Translations under genes and position numbers: made by a program
Shown: positions 60,700 through 64,000 of the stretch, piece after piece
Numbering within the stretch: the stretch's first letter is position 1
Layout: every line of letters starts with the position of its first letter
Notes under the pieces: model-generated
What the model was told of the DNA's origin: nothing
The model's database searches: none
The model's input: the letters and a program-made list of their open reading frames with translations, nothing else
Assembly: GCA_038230075.1 (NCBI GenBank)
Contig: JBBRNV010000003.1
Location: 29,329-93,328 of the forward strand
Direction of reading: 5' to 3'
Source of the DNA: Minisyncoccia bacterium
Lineage (GTDB): Bacteria > Patescibacteriota > Minisyncoccia > Phycocordibacterales > CALRBL01
DNA: 64,000 nucleotides

Positions 60700-61233
60700 T
60701 TATTTCTTCAAGGTATTTAACAGAAGCTCATATTGCTCATATCGAGGTGTAAGAGTTTGGTCTTTTTCATCAACCATTTGTTGTAGTTTTTTTATTTCAA
60801 TCCATTTCAAATCTTGCACTTCAGTGGTCTGCATTACAAAATCTTTGATGGGTTTATCTGTCCGAAGAAGATACACATCACTAAATTCATTATCAAAATA
60901 TGTTCCATCATTTTTAATGAGAGATGTTTTAAGAGCACCTAAGTGTTCGAGATCTGTTTCTGTAATGTGTAAACCAATTTCTTCTTCAACTTCACGAACA
61001 GCAACACGTAATGAATCTTCATTAGTTGAAACATGTCCTCCTATTGATACGTCCCACAAGTTTGGATAGTGATCTTTAATAGCCGATCGATGTTGAAGAA
61101 GTACTTCATTTTTTGAATTAAGAACGAAAACAAAAATAACTCGATGCCACTCACCAAGTTCATGAACAGCTTTCCGCGATTTTGCTAATCCTGTCAGATT
61201 TCCTTCTGAAGTGAGGGTGTCAATTAATTCCAT
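60700..61233 (-). CDS. NUDIX hydrolase (IDI-like)
   Basis: HELGEWHR, LLQHRS..K..YPNLWD, GGHV..AVREVEEEIG. Confidence 0.9.
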   Translation of the reverse strand: MELIDTLTSEGNLTGLAKSRKAVHELGEWHRVIFVFVLNSKNEVLLQHRSAIKDHYPNLWDVSIGGHVSTNEDSLRVAVREVEEEIGLHITETDLEHLGALKTSLIKNDGTYFDNEFSDVYLLRTDKPIKDFVMQTTEVQDLKWIEIKKLQQMVDEKDQTLTPRYEQYELLLNTLKK

Positions 61234-61309
61234 TCGAGTATTATAGCAAAAACAAGAACACCCACCGAAATGGGGTTCGTGTGGGTGGGGTGGGCGACAT
61301 TCATCATTG

Positions 61310-61555
61310 TCACCAAGGTCTGACGTATTCCGTGAGAACCCAGTGTTCAACTTCGCCGGCAAAGATGTGATCGGTCACTGGTTCAAAAAGTTTGATTACT
61401 CCACCATCTTGCAGTTGACGAAAGTCGCTGATGTGAGGTTGAGTCGGAAAGAATTCCCGAAATCTTTCTCCATACATGAGTGCAACCGTATTTCTGCCAA
61501 TTCGATAGAGTCTCGCGCCCACCTTGAGCGCCTGCACGATACTTTTTCCGTTCAT
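61310..61555 (-). CDS. small orphan (GC-richer cassette)
   Basis: ATG preceded by CACCACCCCTTACCCAC, own promoter-like element and a downstream hairpin. Confidence 0.45.
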   Translation of the reverse strand: MNGKSIVQALKVGARLYRIGRNTVALMYGERFREFFPTQPHISDFRQLQDGGVIKLFEPVTDHIFAGEVEHWVLTEYVRPW

Positions 61556-61671
61556 GAGTATTTGTGGGTAAGGGGTGGTGTAAGAGTTGGACAGCCGATA
61601 TATAAATATCATGTTTTGACCGACCTGTCGAAGTTTTTAAGAGTTTTGTTCTTTATGATAAAATGAGACAT

Positions 61672-62085
61672 ATGCATAAAAATATACGAACAGACGACGA
61701 GCTTAAGAAAGAAAATCCTGAACTATATGCTGTTGCAAGACAGAAAGGAACGGAAGCTCCTTTTAAGAGTGAACTTCTTAATGTTAAAGATAAAGGAATG
61801 TACAAATGTGCGGTGTGTGATCAAGAACTATTTTCATCAGATGCAAAATTTGATTCAGGTACTGGGTGGCCAAGTTTTGATCAAGCAATTCCAGGGCGTG
61901 TTATTGAAGTTCCTGACATGAGTCATGGAATGCAGAGAACAGAAGTGGTGTGTTCACGATGTGGATCACACTTAGGTCATGTATTTAATGATGGGCCAGC
62001 AACTACAGGCAAACGATATTGCTTGAATGGTATTTGTTTAGATTTAGAAAAGACAGTTGGTGAAGAAAAGAAAAATATTATTTAG
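61672..62085 (+). CDS. msrB: methionine-R-sulfoxide reductase
   Basis: GTEAPF, KFDSGTGWPSF, RTEV, HLGHVF.DGP, RYCLNG. Confidence 0.95.
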   Translation: MHKNIRTDDELKKENPELYAVARQKGTEAPFKSELLNVKDKGMYKCAVCDQELFSSDAKFDSGTGWPSFDQAIPGRVIEVPDMSHGMQRTEVVCSRCGSHLGHVFNDGPATTGKRYCLNGICLDLEKTVGEEKKNII

Positions 62086-62094
62086 TGTAAGATT

Positions 62095-62478
62095 TTATTT
62101 TAAAAACAAAAACCACCCAAACAAGCGCAGTTCTTGTTGGGTGGCAACTAGGCCTCTTTTTTTAAAACAAATCGCAACACCGGCATTCCGAAGTCCGCGA
62201 GCTATTGCGGTTCTTGCGGTTTGAATGTTAGTGGTATAGATACGAACATCTTGAACGCTTATGTTTCCTCTGACCGAGAGGAGTATTATTCCACCACTAT
62301 CGCTGATTTTCACTCGCGTGTTGCCGTTTACCGATTTTGTGCCAGACACAATGAAGCCTGGTGAAATCTTAGTTACTTGTGGACAAGCGTCTGCTATGTC
62401 ACACGCAATAGCAGCGAGTTCGATTAAAGTGGTGTGTTTTCCTGTAAACTTACCGCCATTTCTGGAGTCTTTAGACAT
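62095..62478 (-). CDS. hypothetical protein (DUF2103-like)
   Basis: KFTGKHTTLI, VTKISPGFI, SVQDVRIYT. The C-terminus runs through its own terminator. Confidence 0.6.
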   Translation of the reverse strand: MSKDSRNGGKFTGKHTTLIELAAIACDIADACPQVTKISPGFIVSGTKSVNGNTRVKISDSGGIILLSVRGNISVQDVRIYTTNIQTARTAIARGLRNAGVAICFKKRGLVATQQELRLFGWFLFLK

Positions 62479-62623
62479 ATAAGTTTTCTAAGCTTGTTAA
62501 GCTGTAAGGGGTGAATGAGCTATGATAGTATTTAACCATTTATTCATAAAATGTCAATAATATAAGCATGATGAATTAAGTCTGGGTAGAGATTTATTTT
62601 TTTGATATTGTGGTAATCTAAAT

Positions 62624-63622
62624 ATGCGAATGAATGTTTTCTTTAAAAAAATGAGCACTATTGTTGTTTCGGTAACAATACTTAGTGTGCTCTTTGGGTT
62701 TTTTTCTGGTTATCTGTTTTTTAATTTCAATACGATAATTCCTTGCACTGCCCAACTTAATTTTATTCGAACGGTTGCTGATTGTGAACAAGCTGATAAA
62801 AAGTCAGAAGAACTTTCATCTTTGAAAGATGTGATTCAAACTTCAGTCGACCAGTATATTGCTTCACATAAAGCAACAAAACTCGGTGTTTTTGTGAGAG
62901 ATTTAAAATCAACTGAATATGCAGGGGTTAACGATAATGATGTGTTTGTGATGGCGAGCCTTTTGAAAGTGCCACTTGCTATTGCTGTATATAAATTGGC
63001 AGAGGTTCAACCCACTATTCTTGATCAAAAGATTCAATATTCAGGTATTCCTAATTTGTATAGCGGTCAAACATATGAAGTTTCAGATCCTTTGGTTAAA
63101 GGACAAGAGTACACCATTAAAGATTTAGTTGATCGAATATTGATATATTCTGATAACACAGCAACAGATCTTATCTATCATTTTTTGCAGCCAGGTTATT
63201 TTGATTTAATCTTGAAAGATGTTGCAATTCAATTTAAGAGACCAGAAGGAACAGAAGAAAATTTGGTGAGCGCTCGATCGTATGCCAATCTTTTTAGAAT
63301 TCTTTATAACTCTTCATATTTGAATAGAGAATATTCAAATGTTATTTTGTCTGATTTGAGTAAATCCACATTTAAATCTGGTGCCGTTGCAAAGCTTCCT
63401 CAACAACTCGATGTTTCGCATAAATTTGCTGAGCGAATTGAAAGTGAAAATACTGCAGGAGATATAGCCTTGCGACAACTTCATGATTGCGGAATTGTTT
63501 ATACAGAAAATAAGAGTGAAACATATATATTTTGCGTTATGACCGAAGGGGAGAATTTCTCGGATCTCGAACAAATTCAGCAAGATATGTCTTTAGAGAT
63601 TTATAATAAACTTGTGCGATAG
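62624..63622 (+). CDS. class A beta-lactamase-like serine hydrolase, membrane anchored
   Basis: ASLLK (SxxK), SDNTA (SxN), HKFA in place of KTG, HDCGIVY. Confidence 0.88.
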   Translation: MRMNVFFKKMSTIVVSVTILSVLFGFFSGYLFFNFNTIIPCTAQLNFIRTVADCEQADKKSEELSSLKDVIQTSVDQYIASHKATKLGVFVRDLKSTEYAGVNDNDVFVMASLLKVPLAIAVYKLAEVQPTILDQKIQYSGIPNLYSGQTYEVSDPLVKGQEYTIKDLVDRILIYSDNTATDLIYHFLQPGYFDLILKDVAIQFKRPEGTEENLVSARSYANLFRILYNSSYLNREYSNVILSDLSKSTFKSGAVAKLPQQLDVSHKFAERIESENTAGDIALRQLHDCGIVYTENKSETYIFCVMTEGENFSDLEQIQQDMSLEIYNKLVR

Positions 63623-63653
63623 TGTTAAAATCGAGAATAATCGGTATGTGGTA

Positions 63654-63998
63654 TTAATATATCGAATATAAAATAGTAGCCAAAAACGGTCCAATTATAA
63701 TAGCTGCAATCATGATGGAGTTGGCAACTTTCAGACTTATGAACTTAGAAAGAACATTCATAAAAGTTGGTTGAAATCTTCCAACGGTTTGCTTGTGACC
63801 AGTTGATTTGCGAAGGATATTTGCCCAGACAAGAAGTGGGCAGGTAAAATTGTATGAAAGTTGTGCAATTAAAATAATCCAAGTGAGTGTTATGTGTGCT
63901 AATTTTAATTCGGTAAATTTGTAAGGAATAAAAAATCCTCCCACAAAACAAAAAATAACTATAAGGTCAAGAATTTCAAGAGATCGAGCAAGTTTATA
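63654..63998 (-). CDS. membrane protein, partial (5' end beyond the window; DUF2784-like CPL motif)
   Basis: The frame stays open to the window edge; hydrophobic; TCPLLVWANILR. Confidence 0.6.
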   Translation of the reverse strand, partial: YKLARSLEILDLIVIFCFVGGFFIPYKFTELKLAHITLTWIILIAQLSYNFTCPLLVWANILRKSTGHKQTVGRFQPTFMNVLSKFISLKVANSIMIAAIIIGPFLATILYSIY

Positions 63999-64000
63999 TC

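Noticed and set aside
20760-62557. Integron cassettes or prophage as the explanation for the GC-rich units
   Set aside because: I recognised no integrase, attC-like RYYYAAC/GTTRRRY boundaries or phage genes. The units are dispersed and carry their own promoters.
62624-63622. Bona fide antibiotic-resistance beta-lactamase
   Set aside because: It is membrane-anchored, KTG is replaced by KFA, and no clear omega-loop ExxLN is present. A cell-wall-related serine hydrolase is more likely.

Overview
An AT-rich bacterial chromosome segment using genetic code 11 (RF2 is present and TGA acts as a stop). The compact and often truncated housekeeping proteins, the PEGA, CARDB, IPT and pilin surface proteins and the many orphans suggest Patescibacteria/CPR, Parcubacteria-like. 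That assignment is my inference. The left third is housekeeping: tRNA-Thr x2, prfB, ftsEX, MYG1, obgE, gatB, gap, rpiB, rpe, rpmE2, prfA, rpsB, tsf, GT2, pheST, gyrB. Next come a sortase locus with a Tyr/Thr/Pro-repeat IPATG-anchored substrate, hisS, truB, pyrE, typA, a MarR-MacAB-type efflux operon, dedA, a type IV pilus cluster, an aquaporin and a signalling block (HK, receiver, NRAMP, CHASE2 adenylate cyclase, FecR-IPT). The window ends with a SET-domain protein, cmk and assorted membrane and enzyme genes. Two expression grammars appear. Native AT-rich genes look mostly leaderless, with a -10 box 6-9 nt before the ATG. About ten GC-richer single-gene cassettes each carry their own -35/-10 promoter, often a boxA-like motif, a C-rich leader and a private terminator. 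I found no CRISPR array, rRNA, integrase or transposase.
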